From NCBI RefSeq assembly GCF_009914755.1, contig NC_060926.1: a DNA stretch of 64,000 nucleotides; one strand, 5' to 3'. The position numbers and the translations under genes are program-made. This stretch comes from the human T2T-CHM13v2.0 reference genome, Homo sapiens. The notes beneath the pieces are model-generated. The model had not been told where the DNA came from. It saw nothing but the letters and a program-made list of their open reading frames with translations, and ran no database searches. Shown piece after piece: positions 1 to 16,534 of this stretch (positions within the stretch are counted from its first letter, which is position 1; each line of letters begins with the position of its first letter).

Positions 1-571
<571 letters not shown>

Positions 572-589
572 TAGTTGTCTCAAAGAAAG

Positions 590-2300
<1,711 letters not shown>

Positions 2301-2332
2301 TTCCAATCTGAGATAGGGAATGTGGAAGTCTT

Positions 2333-2686
2333 TGTTACTGAGCAATGGGCTCACTTTCTGACGTGCATGGAAGCCAATCCTACGGCACTGGCTTTTGAGG
2401 AAAGTAAAAGGTTTATTATGAGTTGGCTGGCAAGGAAGGAGACAGGAGGCAATGCTCAAATCTGTCTCCCTGCTCTGGGGAGTGGGGTCAAGCTTTTATG
2501 ACATTTTTAACTCAGTCCAGGTGATGCCACTGCAGCCGGTCTGCCAGGCTGGTGGTGCTAACCATCAGGAGGGTAAAGCGTTTTCCCATTGCGCATGCCT
2601 GAGCTACATGACTTTCAATTTTGGCTCTGCACCATAGCGGCAGCTTAAGCAGTGGTTAATTGGTTTGAGCTGGTCCTGTGGTTACA
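2333..2686 (-). mobile_element. Solo ERV1-class LTR (subfamily not assigned)
   Basis: TG…CA termini (tgttac…gttaca) and an antisense poly(A) signal (tttatt) near the left end, typical of a minus-strand MER4-group LTR. Confidence 0.5.
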
Positions 2687-3676
2687 GCTGTAGACATTCA
2701 GAAGGCACTTGGGACACGGAGACACTAGGCAGACCACAAACGTTAGGGCAGGAAATGATTTTGCACATCACTAGAGCTGGGGTTTTGTGTTACTAAGTAT
2801 GGTGCCAAGCCTTGACAGTGGTTGTCTAGTTTCAATGACCCTCTGACATTGGTACTATTTAACTTGCCACTCTCAAATGAGGAAAGTGAGACACAGATCT
2901 CAGTTCACGCAGCTGGTAACTGGAGTGGGGACTCGAAGACTGCCAGTGGCTTTAGATCCAGTGTTCTCGCCGTGCTCAGGCTGCCCTGGACACACACCCA
3001 TTCCCCAATACACTGAGGTGGCTCATGAAGATCCTAACTCACTGTTTATCGCCCTACAAATGCTGAAGGACCTGCACTGTAGCCCTTCCTCAGTCATCCT
3101 TGGTCATGCTGAAGGAGTTCCAACACAAGCGAAGACAAGGACGGTCAAAGAGTTCACAATTCTCTCCAACAGGAAAATGGAAATAACCGCTTAGTTCCTT
3201 ATGAGTTTCCCACTTAACTCACAAGTTACAACTGACAGCTGCCTTCAGTACTGGTATCGCCATTTAGTGCCCTGGATGGCACTCCGGGTTCTCCTCAGCA
3301 GGGTCTTTCCTCGCTGCATGGATAAGACAGCTGTTTACAGATATCTACGATCATAGGTTTGGTCTTTTTCACGGGAAAGATTTAGGAGTGCTGGAAACTA
3401 ATTTTATGTCAGATGTGTCCTGTTGAAGTAATCCAAAGGCTAGAATGAGAGTTTTATTGAAGAAGGTGAAAGGTAGAACCAGTTTTATGCCTAAAACTCC
3501 ACAAAAGAAAGATTCATCCTTTTAAAAAGAAACCCTTATTGGCTGGGCACAGAGCCCTCAGCCTGTAATCCCAGCACTTTGGGAGACCAAGGCGGGCGGA
3601 TCACTTGAGGTCAGGAGTTTGAGACCAGCCTGGCCAACATGGTGAAACTCCTTTTCTACTAAAAATACAAAAATTA

Positions 3677-3814
<138 letters not shown>

Positions 3815-3991
3815 TCAGAAAACAAACCAACAAACCAAAAAAAAGACCCCTTCCTCCCCATTCTCAACATATTTAAGAAGAGGCAAGGGATCCCAAGCAA
3901 GGCCCCCGTCCTTGTGCTATCAATCTCCTGCCCACAGAGGAAAGGTTTTCTCTGTAACCCAGGTGAGGACACCAAAGCTGAGAAGGGTCAA

Positions 3992-4352
3992 TGTATTAGT
4001 CCATTTTCATGCTACTGATAAAGACATACCTGAGACTGAGCAATTTACAAAAGAAAGAGGTTTAATAGACACAGTTTCATGTCACTGGGGAGGCCTCACA
4101 ATCATTGCAGAAAGTGAAAGGCAGGTCTCACATGGCAGCAGGCAAGGGAAGAGGACTTGTGCAGGAAAACTCCTCTTTATAAAACCATCAGATCTCGTGA
4201 GACTTATTCACTATCATGAGAATGGCATGGGAAAGACCCACCCCCATGATTCAGTTGCCTCCCACTGGGTCCCTCCCACAACACATGGGAATTGTATTGT
4301 GGGAGCTACAATTCAAGATGAGATATGGGTGGGGACAAGCCAAACCGTATCA
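3992..4352 (-). mobile_element. THE1 solo LTR (ERVL-MaLR)
   Basis: tgtattagtccattttcatgct…caaaccgtatca, with a perfect 5-bp TSD GTCAA at 3987-3991 and 4353-4357. Confidence 0.9.
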
Positions 4353-4361
4353 GTCAACAAC

Positions 4362-5120
4362 TGTTAAAGCAAACTAAATATGGCCTGAGAAGGACTCCAT
4401 ATTTGAGTCCTTGTGGATGAACTGTAACCTAGATTAACAGGCAGACAAAAGTGAAAACCTAACTTAGTAGTATGCACCTGTAACAATAGCTAAGTCTTGG
4501 CCAATCCCAATGGCCGTACTTCAACCATTCAGACACTGCTGAGTGTTCAAACTGTGTTCAAATAAGGCATACCCCAAGCTTTAACCAATCCAGCCATTCT
4601 GTATCTCACTTCCAATTTCTTTTTCTTTTTTCTTTACTTTTCTCTTTTTTTCTTGAGATGGAGTTTCACTCTTGTTGCCCAGGCTGGAGTGGAATGGTGT
4701 GATCTCAGCTCATTGAAACCTCTGCCTCCCAGGCTTCGTGCAATTCTCCTGCCTCAGCCTCCCAAGTAGCTGGGATTACAGGTGCACACCTCCATGCCCG
4801 GCTAATTTTTTTGTATTTTCAGTAGAGATGGGGTTTCACTATATTGGTCAGCTGGTCTCAAACTCCTGAACTCAGGTGATCCACCCATCTCAGCCTCCCA
4901 AAGTGCTGGGATTATAGGCGTGAGCCACAGCGTCTGGCCCTCACTTCCAATTTCTGTATGTCATTTCCCTATTTTTGGTCTATAAATCTTCTTCCGCCTC
5001 ATGGCTGCACTGGAATCTCTGTGAATCTGCTGTGATTGTGGGGGCTGCCTGATTTGTGCATTGGTCATTGCTCAGTTAAACTCCTTTAAATATAATTTGG
5101 CTGAACTTTTTCTTTTATCA
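4362..5120 (+). mobile_element. MER57-like solo LTR interrupted by an antisense Alu (4621-4940)
   Basis: Starts tgttaaagcaaactaaatatggcctgagaaggactcc and ends …ttatca, with TSD CAAC on both sides. The Alu is flanked by the TSD ctcacttccaatttct. Confidence 0.8.
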
Positions 5121-6443
5121 CAACTTGCCCACATTTACAAAGCAGGCTCCTCCTCATGCAGTCTGAACCCTCCTGGATGGCAGGGACAGGGTCTCTTTCC
5201 CTTTGCATCCGCAGGGCCAGTGCAGGCCCAGCACACAAGAGACTCGGCAGATGTCTGTTCAGCCGCACCTAACTCTCAGGCCAGGGATACTGACCAGCTA
5301 AGTCTGATTCTGAAGCCTGTGCTTACCTCCCTGGCTTCCTCATACTCTTAACAGGATTGGGCAAGTCTTTTGAATGCCTTGAATGGGTAAGTTAAAGAGA
5401 TCCCAGGCCAGGCGCGGTGGCTCATGCCTGTAATCCCAACACTATGGGAGGCTGAGGCGGGCAGATCACCTGAGTTCAGGAGTTCAAGACCAGCCTGGCC
5501 AACATAGTGAAACCCCGTCTCTACTAAAAATACAAAAATTAGCCGGGCGTAGTGGTGGGTGCCTGTAATCCCTGCTAATTAGGAGGCTGAGGCAGGAGAA
5601 TCTCTTGAACCTGGGGAACGGAGGTTGCAGTGAGCTGAGATTGTGCCACTGCCCTCCAGCCTGGGCAACAGAGTGAGACTCTGTCTCAAACAAAAAAAAA
5701 AAAAAAAAAGAAAGAAATCCCAGACAATTGATAATTGTATGGGGAATATAGGAGGGCCTCGGGGAGAAAAAGAGAGCTTTTGGATGCTAACATCTGCACA
5801 GGAAGGTGTGCCATTCCTCCAGTGGGCACAAAACCAAATGTTTCCACTGAAGCTGCCTCATTCTTCTTTGCCTCTCCCAATTTTCCTGAAAGAACCACTT
5901 GGGAGGGATGAGAAACAGACCAACCTCAAGAACCATTAGACAGCACCATGGGGAGAGTGAGAACGTTGGGCCTTGTGTTTGGTGGTGTTCCACATTGAGA
6001 GCGGATTGAAACTGCTGTCAACAGCCTGTGTCAATGAGCTAGAAGGGAGGGGGCTCAAATCTCAGAAGGGAGAATGCTGAAGCACATCTGGCATTTCCTT
6101 CAGTTTGGGAAACGAGGGAAATTTCAGAAAAGAACACATAGGCAGATGTCTGAGTTACAAAGGACAAATTCCAATCATCAACTTACATGGATGCTTTACC
6201 TCTTTTAATACTTTTTTTCATTCTAAAAATAATACATGTGTGTTTGGAAATCACATGAACATAAAAAAAGTACCTAAAGACAACCATTATTAACAACTTT
6301 AAGTATGTATGTGTGCATACACTTTATACAATACATAAAGTGTGTATATACATATGGTATACACACATATAATATTACATATATTTTATTTATTTATTTT
6401 TGAGACAGGGTCTTCTTCTGTCACCCAAGCTGGAGTGTAGTGA

Positions 6444-6722
<279 letters not shown>

Positions 6723-7769
6723 TAGGAATGTTGCTAATTTTTTTAAACTTTTTATTTTGAAATTGTCACAGATTCACAGGAAGTTAATTTTTAAATATAT
6801 GGCAAGTCCCCATGTACTCTGCACCCAGCTCCCTCAATGGTAAGATCTTGTGGAACTACGGTTCAGTCTCAACCAGGAAGCACGCAGGGTTACAGTGCAC
6901 ATCCCTGTAGCCACCATCACAATCAAGATACAGGACTGCTCCCTCACCCCAAGGCTCCCTCATGCCACCTACTTCCTCTCTGCCCCCCACCATCCGTAAC
7001 CTCTGCCAACCACGAATCTATTTTCTATCTCCAAACTTTTGTTATTTCAAGAACGTTAAGTGATGGAATAATATAGTATGTGACCTTTTGAGATTGTCTT
7101 TTTTACACTCAGCATAATTCCCTTGAGACTCATCCAAGTTACACATATCGATGGTCCATTCCTTTTTTGTTGTTGAGTAGTATTCTATGGTATGGATTTA
7201 TAATATTTATCTTAAATAGTTAGTAAACAACATTTTTAATGACTGCATGATGTTCCCATGGGTGGAGATGTCATCGGTTTCCTAACAATTCTATTATTGT
7301 TGGACATTTAGATTGTTGCTGGTAAAAATAAATGCTACTGAAAATCTTGTATACAAGGGTTTCCTGATTCTGATTTCTTTAAGATAGATTTTTTTAGAAG
7401 TGGAATAACTTAGACAAAGGATATTGACAATTTTCAGACTCTTAACGCCTGTTACCAAATTAATTTTGCAAAAGATTGTACAAATGTATATAGGTCCACC
7501 AGCAATATAGAGGCTGAGGTAAGAGGTTTTCCTAAATTATAATACAAGCTGAATAATAAATATGTAGCTTGCTTTCTGCAAAAGCCAACTCAATATCCAT
7601 AGGAAAAACCAATGAGCCTTATTATACCCATGATGTACTTGGTCTGGGTATGTATGATCTAAAGTTACTTGATATCATGCTGCCCTTTTGGTGAGCAACA
7701 TGATTGGAGGCAAACTGTGGCATACATGCATAGTACAATGGTGGTCTCTTGGCTGCATTTGTGTTGGCT

Positions 7770-8860
7770 GTCTGTGCTAGGGCTGCCATAACAAAATACC
7801 ACAGACGAGGTGGCTAATACAACAGACATTTATGTTCTCATAGTTCTGGAGCTGGAAGTCCAAGATTAAGGTGCCAGTGGGGTTGATTCCTCTGAGACCT
7901 GTCTGGCTTGCAGATACCCAACTTCTCCCTGTGTTTTCTTTTTTTATTCTTTTTTTTTTTTTTTTTTTTTTTGAGATGGAGTCTCACTCTGTCGCCCAGG
8001 CTGGAGTGCAGTGGTGTGATCTTGGCTCACTGCTAGCTCTGCCTCCCGGGTTCACGCCATTCTCCTGCCTCAGCTTCCCGAGTAGCTAGGACTACAGATG
8101 CCTGCCACCACAACCAGCTAATTTTTTTTTGTATTTTTTAGTAGAGACAGGATTTCACCATGTTAGCCAGGATGGTCTCGATCTCTTGACCTCATAATCT
8201 GCCCACCTCGGCCTCCCAAAGTGCTGGGATTACAGGCATGAGTCACCAAGCCCGGCCCTCCCTGTGTTTTCACACCATGTCCCTCCAAGCATGTATTAGT
8301 CCATTCGCATGCTGCTATAAAGAAATACACATGACTGGGTCATTTATAAAGAAAAAAGGTGGAATTGACTCACAGTTCTACATGGCTGCGGAAGCCTCAG
8401 GAAACTTACAATCATGGTGGAAGGGGAAGCAAATATGTCCTTCTTCACATGATGGCAGGAAGGAGAACAATGAGTGCCAAGCAAAGGGGGAAGCCCCTTA
8501 TGAAATGATCAGATCTTGTGAGATCTCACTATCATGAAAACAGGATGGGGGAAAACTGCCCCCATGATTCAATTATCTCCACCTGATCCCTCCCATGACA
8601 TGTGGGGATTATGGGAACTACAATTCAAGATGAGATTTGAGCGAGGACAGAGCCAAACCATATCAATCCATGAATTCCCCTTGTGTCTCTCTGTGATTCC
8701 TATCTCCTCTTCTTATGACACCAGTCAGATTGGATTACAACCCACCCTCAGGTCTCATTTTAACTTAAAGACCCTATCACCAAATACAACACATTTGCAG
8801 GTACTAGGCATTAGGACTTTAACATTTGCATTTTGGGTGGAACACAATTCAGCCCATAAC
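7770..8860 (-). mobile_element. MLT1 LTR with nested Alu (7950-8257) and MST/THE1 LTR (8292-8665)
   Basis: MLT1 motifs gggctgccataacaaaataccacagac…ggaagtccaagattaagg…acacaattcagcccataaca. The nested MaLR runs tgtattagtccatt…ccaaaccatatca. Confidence 0.75.
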
Positions 8861-9749
8861 AGAAGGTGTTCACTGCTAGAAAAGAAGGAAAAGTGAGAGA
8901 GTCAAAAGAGTTCAGATCTAGGAGGATAGGTGACTGGCCTGGTTGGTGCAGGCCACTGACATGTTGAGCCCACCCAATGGCAACACCTACCTGGGAGCTC
9001 CATCTTCAGGGTTGACCAGCAGTTTAAGTGAAATCAGCTAATTAGGAACCTTGCTTTTATTGTTAGTGATATTAATCAGCTAAACTCATGAGTGAAAACT
9101 GAATTCTGAAGCTATCTCATCCACGTAGTACAAAGATCTCTGAATATAGACATGGACATTCCTTCTAGTATCAGCAGTTAAAAACTTCTGGCCAAAGATG
9201 CTACTGTCTTAGCTGCATTTGTCCAGTGTCATAAGCAGTCCCATGCTCAGCACAGGACATATTGGTAGCTTTAGTACCTGGAGCCAGCTGAGAAAATTGG
9301 CCAACCCTCTAGGCAACCATAATCCAGAGCCAAGCCTGAGACAGCCTGAAAACTTGTCAGGGTCCTTGACCAATGGAGTGGACTGGACTCAGTACCATCT
9401 TTTCTTGAAAAAGGCAATGGTTTTCAACAGAGTTGGGTGTTATTCTTCTTAGCCCCAGAAGTCCACCGGGGCCTAGAAAGGGGACATTGAAAATAAGGAT
9501 TTAGGGTTTGTGGTTCAGCTGATAGAAGTTGCTGCAACATGCTTCACTGGAAATCAGCTATGTTGGTGGATTCCAGTGAGCAAAGGTTACAAGTCAGGAA
9601 AAATGAGCTGGCTGTTAAGGTATTTAGCTGTAGTATCAGCAACCAGACATGCTTAGCATTGTTTGGACCCACACTCCGAACTGATGTGGCTCCAGTCCCT
9701 TTAAGTGGCTGGCTTTTATACCATATTACATATATCTCACAAAGCCCTC

Positions 9750-10310
9750 TCACGGCATGGGAGAAAATATTCATAGTACCTATATCTGAAAGAGGAGTTA
9801 TCCCTAGAATATATAAAGAATTCCTACAAATCAGTAAGAAAGCAAATACAAAAATGGGCAAGAGACTTCAGTGGGAACAAAAAGAATACCAAATGTCCAA
9901 TAACATGAAAAAGTGCTCAACTTCATTAGTTATTAGAGAAGTAAAAATTAAAAGCACAATGCTATACCACTACACACCAACCAGAATGCTTAAAAAGTAT
10001 TAATAGTTAGTGGCTATGTGAATCAATCCATATTCTTATGCACTGCCCGGAGTGGGGTGGAGTATAAGTTTGTACAACCATTTGGGAAAGTCTTTGCCAG
10101 TACTTACTCAAGCTGAACATGCAAGTATCCTATGACCTAGCAATTCTACTCCCAGCAAGAAAAATGCTTATGTCTACAAAAAAGAGCTTTACTTGAATAT
10201 TCATAGCTCCTCTATTCATTAGAGCCCCACATTGAAAATTATCTAAATACCTGTCAGTAATAACATGGGTAGAGAAATTCTTGTAGACTCACTCACACAA
10301 TGGACTACTG
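9750..10310 (+). mobile_element. Old L1M fragment (ORF2 3' end / 3' UTR)
   Basis: Translation WEKIF…PRIYKEFLQ…MKKCSTSLVIREVKIK…YHYTPTRM is a typical L1 ORF2 C-terminal remnant. Confidence 0.8.
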
Positions 10311-11140
10311 AATCTGTTGTGCCACAAACTGGGTGGCTTTAAAAAAAAATGTACTCTCCCACACTTCTAGAGGCTAGAAGTTTGAAATTAAGGTGTAGTC
10401 AGTGTCGTGCTCTAGGCCTCTAGGGCAAGAACCTTCCTTGCCTTTTCCAGCTTCTTGTAACCCAGGTGTTCCCTGGCTTGTGGCAGCATCACTTCAGTCT
10501 CAGCCTCCAACATCATGTGGAGTGTGTAACTTTTGGATATGAGCTGTCTGTTTAGTTGCTTCCTCCTCCTCCTTCTTTCTTTCCTTCCTTCCTTTTTTCT
10601 TTCTTTCTTTGGCTTAAGCAAGAGAAATGTATTGTCTCACAGTTCTGGAGGCTGGGAGTCCAAGATCAAGGTGTTGGTAGGGTTGGTTTCTCCTGAGGCC
10701 TCTCTCCTTGGCTTGCAGATGGCTGCCTTCTCACTGTGTCCTCACATGGTCTTCCTTCTGTGCATGCATGACCCTGATGTCTCTCTGTCTGTTCTAATCT
10801 GCTCTTCTTATAAGGACACCAGTCAGATAAGAATAGGGCCCACCTCCACCAATGGCCTCATTTTAACTGAAATACCTCTTTGGGTATTTAAGCTGAAGTC
10901 CTTATCTTCAAAAACAGTCACATTCTGTGGTATAGGGGGTGAGGGTTCCAATTATAAATGTTGGCAGGGGACATAATTCAGTCCATGACTCTCCATTCTC
11001 TGAATCCCCAAAATTAATGTCCTTCTCACATGGAAAATACATTTACCCCCATCCCAATGCCCCAAAAATCTTAACCTATTCCAGCATCAATTTCAAGTTC
11101 AAAGTCTCACCTAAATATCATCTAAATCAGGTATGAGTGA
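10310..11140 (-). mobile_element. MLT1-family LTR fragments
   Basis: Two MLT1-like blocks (cacaaactgggtggcttt…gaagtttgaaattaagg and tctcacagttctggaggctgggagtccaagatcaagg…taaggacaccagtc). Confidence 0.65.
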
Positions 11141-11408
11141 GACTCGAGGTTCAATTGTCTTTTTTACTTTCATTTTGAGCTTCCCAGGATCCTTGCAGCC
11201 AATTGAAGGGACAATGAAACATTTCCTTGCCTCATACCAAAGTTATTGCTTAAATATCAAGCTACCTTTGAAAGGGGAATCCCTTGTTAGTAACGGCCAG
11301 GAAAGAGAATGTTAGAAGAAAAGCATGAGAATTTCTACAAAACGGTGAAAGCAGAACAACGAAGCAAACATCAGGCAAGATTATAGCTTAGGTACTGAAG
11401 TGGTTACG

Positions 11409-12515
<1,107 letters not shown>

Positions 12516-12857
12516 GTACAAAAGCCAAATATCCAGTAACCTCAGCTACCTGCAACTCAGGAAGGGATCAACGAATGAGCAGCAAAGTTTCTCAAGCAGC
12601 CAAATGAGTGTCACAAAATTAAGTTTCTATCAACCATGAATCTTTTCTGACTTCATCACTCTTGTCTGAACAATATCCTAAAAAGTAAGATGCTCAGCCC
12701 TCTCAGCTTTGAAGAGCAAACTGTGAGGTTTGCAACAACCTAACAGGAATGAAAGACCTAGAAAAACTATAAAAGGTAGACATAAGAATTCAAAAGGCAT
12801 AGCAATCCAGAGGTCACTTTTCTATAGCAAAGCTCTCTGTGCTTTACTGGCTTCATT

Positions 12858-13260
12858 TGTAGCAGGACAAGCCGTGGACAAAACCCCTCAGACACCGGGT
12901 TAAAGAAGGAAGTGGCTTTATTTGGCCAGGAGTGTTGGCAGACTTGCGTCTCAAGAACCAAGCTCCCCGAGGAAAGAGTTCCTGGCCCTTTTAAGGGCTT
13001 ACAGCTCTAAGGGGTCCACATGACAGGGTCGTGATAGATTGAGCAAGCATGGGGTACGTGACTAGGTGGGGGTAAGCAAGGCAAGCATTTCTCCATACCA
13101 TTGTCTGTGATCTATAAATAGCACAAGTGATTAGGGTGGGGTTAATCTTTAGCCTACAGGCCTGGCCAGTGGCCCCGATCAGTCTGTTATTTTTCAGTTC
13201 TTACTTCCTCCTTTTCTTTGGAGACAGGAGACAGTAAGAGAAATGGCCTCTCTCCTCACA
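12858..13260 (-). mobile_element. LTR22-like (HML-5) solo LTR
   Basis: TG…CA termini. The minus-strand 3' end ggtgtctgaggggttttgtcc…gtcctgctaca matches my recall of LTR22. Degenerate 6-bp TSD (ttcatt / tttagt). Confidence 0.6.
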
Positions 13261-13434
13261 TTTAGTGGGAGAATAGCATCTCTAAACCATCAAATTAATA
13301 TCTATCTCCTAAACAGCTTTCAAAAAGCACATGACTTTGCCAGTTGCAGTGTCTGATGTCTGTAATCCTGGCTCTTTGGGAGGCCTAGGCGAGAAGATCA
13401 CTTGGGCGCAGGAGTTGGAAACCAGCCTGGGTAA

Positions 13435-15745
13435 CGTCAGAGGCGTTCAAACCAGAGTGACCCCATCTTGAATAAAGCCTGGGTAAAATGAACCTGACAC
13501 CTATTGGACTCCATTCCCAGGAGGTTAAGGCATTCTAAGCCACAGGATGAAATAGGAGGTCAGTACAAGACACAGGTCACAAAGACCTTGCTGATAAAAC
13601 AACATGTAGTAAAGAAGCTGGCCAAAACCCAGCAAAACCGAGAATGAGAGTGACCTCTGATCGTCCTCACTGCTCATTATGAGAGGTGAAGCCAGCTGGA
13701 CTTATAGCTTTTCTATCAAAAATCCTTAACCCAGCAGGTTTCCTAACAGGGGATCTAAATCTTAATTAATTACCATAAAAAGGTCCGACCAGATCTAGGA
13801 GGAACTCCTTTCAGGACAGGAGGATAGATGGTTCCTCCCAGGTGATTAAGGGAAAAAGATACAATGGGTATTCAGTAAGTGATAAGGAAATTCTTGTAGA
13901 AGCAGAGTTAGGAAAAGTGCCTAATAATTGGTGTGCTCAAATGTGCAAGCTGTTTGCACTCAGCTGAACCTTAAAGTATTTACAGAATCATGAAGGAGCC
14001 ATCTATACCAATTCTAAGAAAATATGTACTGAACGAGGTCTTATAAATAGCAAAGAATAATTGAAATCCCAAACTTACAAGGTTTTCAACAAAAGTAAAG
14101 TTTGCTAAAAGTTAACAGTGTAACATGTATTATCCTGACTTCTAATCTTGTGGAAATCAGACCCTATCCATGCCCCTCAAAGCTCAAGTACATCAGCACA
14201 GGGCCATACAACTAATACTCCTACTTATAGGGTTACGAATGGCTACTGCTACAGAAACCAGAAGAGCAGGTTTATCTATTTGATTATCCTATTACCAGAC
14301 ACTCTCAAAGGATTTCTCAGACAGTTTACAAGAAATAACAAAATCTATCCTCACTCTACAATCCCAAGTAGACTCTTTGGCAGCAGTGACTCTCCAAAAC
14401 TGCCAAGGCCTAGACCTCCTCACTGCTGAGAAAGGAGGACTTTGCACCTTCTTAAGGGAAGAGTGTTGCTTTTACACTAACCAGTAAGGGATAGTATGAG
14501 ATGCTGCCCAGAATTTACAGGAAAAGGCTTCTGAAATCAGACACCTTTCAAACTCTTATACCAACCTCTGGAGTTGGGCAACATGGCTTCTCCCCTTTCT
14601 AAGTCCCGTAACAGCCATATTGCTATTACTCGCCTTCGGGCCCTGTGTTCTTAACCTCTTTGTCAAATTTTTTCCTCCAGGATCAATGCCATCAAGCTAC
14701 AGATGGTCTTACAAATGGAACCCTAAACGAGCTCAACTAACAACTTCTACTGAGGACCCCTGGACCAACCCACTGACCCTTTGGCTGGCCTAGAGAGTTC
14801 CCCTCTGGAGGACACTACTACTGCAGGGCCCCTTCTTTGCCCCTATCCAGCAGGAAGTAGCTAGAGTGGTCATCACCCAATTCCCAACAGGAGTTGGGGT
14901 GTCCTGTTTAGAGAGGGGATTGACAGGTGAAGCCAGCTGAACTTCTGGGTTGGGTGGGGACTTGGAGAACTTTTCTGTCTTATAAGAGGATTGTAAAATG
15001 CACCAATCAGCACTCTGTAGCTAGGATTGTAAAAAGCACCAATCAGTGCTCTGTGGCTACCTAGAGGTTTGTAAAATGGACCAATCAGCACTCTGTAAAA
15101 TGGACCAATCAGCAGGACATGGGCAGGAACAAATAAGGGAATAAAAGCTGGCCACCCCAGCCAGCAACAGCAACCTACTCGGGTTCCCTTCCACGCTGTG
15201 GAAGCTTTGTTCTTTCACTCTTCATAATAAATCTTGCTGCTGCTCACTCTTTGGGTCCATGCAATTTTTAAGAGCTGTAACACTCACTGTGAAGGTCCAT
15301 GGCTCCATTCTTGGTGTCAGTGAGACCACGAACCCACTGGAAGGAACCGACTCCAGACACAATTATATGCTAATTATAATGTATTAACATGCTAAAAGAC
15401 ACTTTCACCAGTGCCATGACAGTTTACAGATGCCATGGCAATGTCAGGAAGTTACCCTATATAGTCTAAAAAGGGGAGGAACCCTCACTTCTAAGAATTG
15501 TCCACCTGTTTTCCCGGAAAACTCATGAATAATCCACCCTTTGTTTAGCATATAATCAAGAAATAACCATAAAAATAGTACACCAGCAGCCCTCAGGGCT
15601 GCTCTGCCTATGGAGTAGCCATTCTTAATCCCTTTACTTTCCTAATAAACTTGCTTTCACTTTATGAATTTGCCTCAAATTCTTTCTTGCAAGAGACTCA
15701 AGAAACCTCTTGAGAGGTCTGGATGAGGACCCCTTTCCAGTAACA
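13435..15745 (+). mobile_element. MER41 LTR inserted into an Alu and split by an ERV9 insertion
   Basis: gtcagaggcgttcaaaccagag… (13435-13679) resumes at 15366 and ends …cctttccagtaaca. TSD GTAA at 13431-13434 and 15746-15749. The host Alu halves lie at about 13345-13434 and 15750-15930. Confidence 0.85.
13680..15361 (+). mobile_element. Deleted ERV9/LTR12-family provirus: 24 bp of 5' LTR, env remnant, PPT and full 3' LTR (14921-15361)
   Basis: TSD ATTA on both sides. Env TM remnant LQSQVDSLAAVTLQNCQGLDLLTAEKGGLCTFLREECCFY (ISD plus CX6CC) at about 14350-14480. PPT agagaggggat, then an LTR with four ccaatcag repeats. Confidence 0.85.
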
Positions 15746-16534
15746 GTAACACGGTGAAACCCTGTCTTGACACAAAAGTACAAAAATTAGCCAGTGTGGT
15801 GGTGCATATCTATAGTCCCAGGTACTCAGGAGGCCGAGGTGGGAGGATTGCTTGAGCCTGGGAGGTCGAGGCTGCAGTGAGCCAAGATTGTGCCACTGCA
15901 CTCCAGCCTGGGGTGACAAGTAAGACCCTGTTTCAGATTTTAAAAAGGTAGAAATAGGAAAAAGAAGAAGGAAGAAGGAAGGAGAAAGGAGGAAGGAGAA
16001 GGAGGGGAAGAAAAATATTTATAAGGACTGCCCCCACCCCCCGGCATGGTGGCTCATGCCTATAATCCAAGCACTTTAGGAGGCCAAGGTGGGCAGACTG
16101 CTTGAGCCTAGGAGTTTGAGACCAGCCTGGGCAACATGGTGAAACCCCATCTCTATACAAATATATAAATATAGATATAGATATAGATATAGATATAATT
16201 AGTCAGGCATGGTGGTATGTGCCTGCAGTCTCAGCTATCTGGGAGGCTGTGGTGGGAGTATTGCCTGAGCCTGGGAGATTGAGGCTACAGTGAGCCTCAC
16301 TGTAGTGATTACACTACTGCACTCCCGCTTGGGCGACAGAGGGATACCCTGTCTCACAAAGAAATAAATAATAAAAAAGCTGTTTCAGGCCAGGCACACT
16401 GGCTCACACCTGTAGTCCCAGCACTTTGTGAGGTTGAGGTGAGCAGATCACCTGAGATCAGGAGTTCAAGACCAGCCTGGCCAACATGGTGAAACCCTGT
16501 CTGTACTAAAAATACAAAAAATTAGTTTGGCATG

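Noticed and set aside
9540-9582. Hairpin tgcttcactggaa…ttccagtgagca
   Set aside because: Only about 43 nt, too short for a pre-miRNA, with no H/ACA or Pol III signals; likely chance or a decayed MITE.
14990-15115. Regularly spaced ccaatcag repeats resembling an array
   Set aside because: These are the normal LTR12 U3 tandem repeats; no unique spacers, and the DNA is eukaryotic, so not CRISPR.
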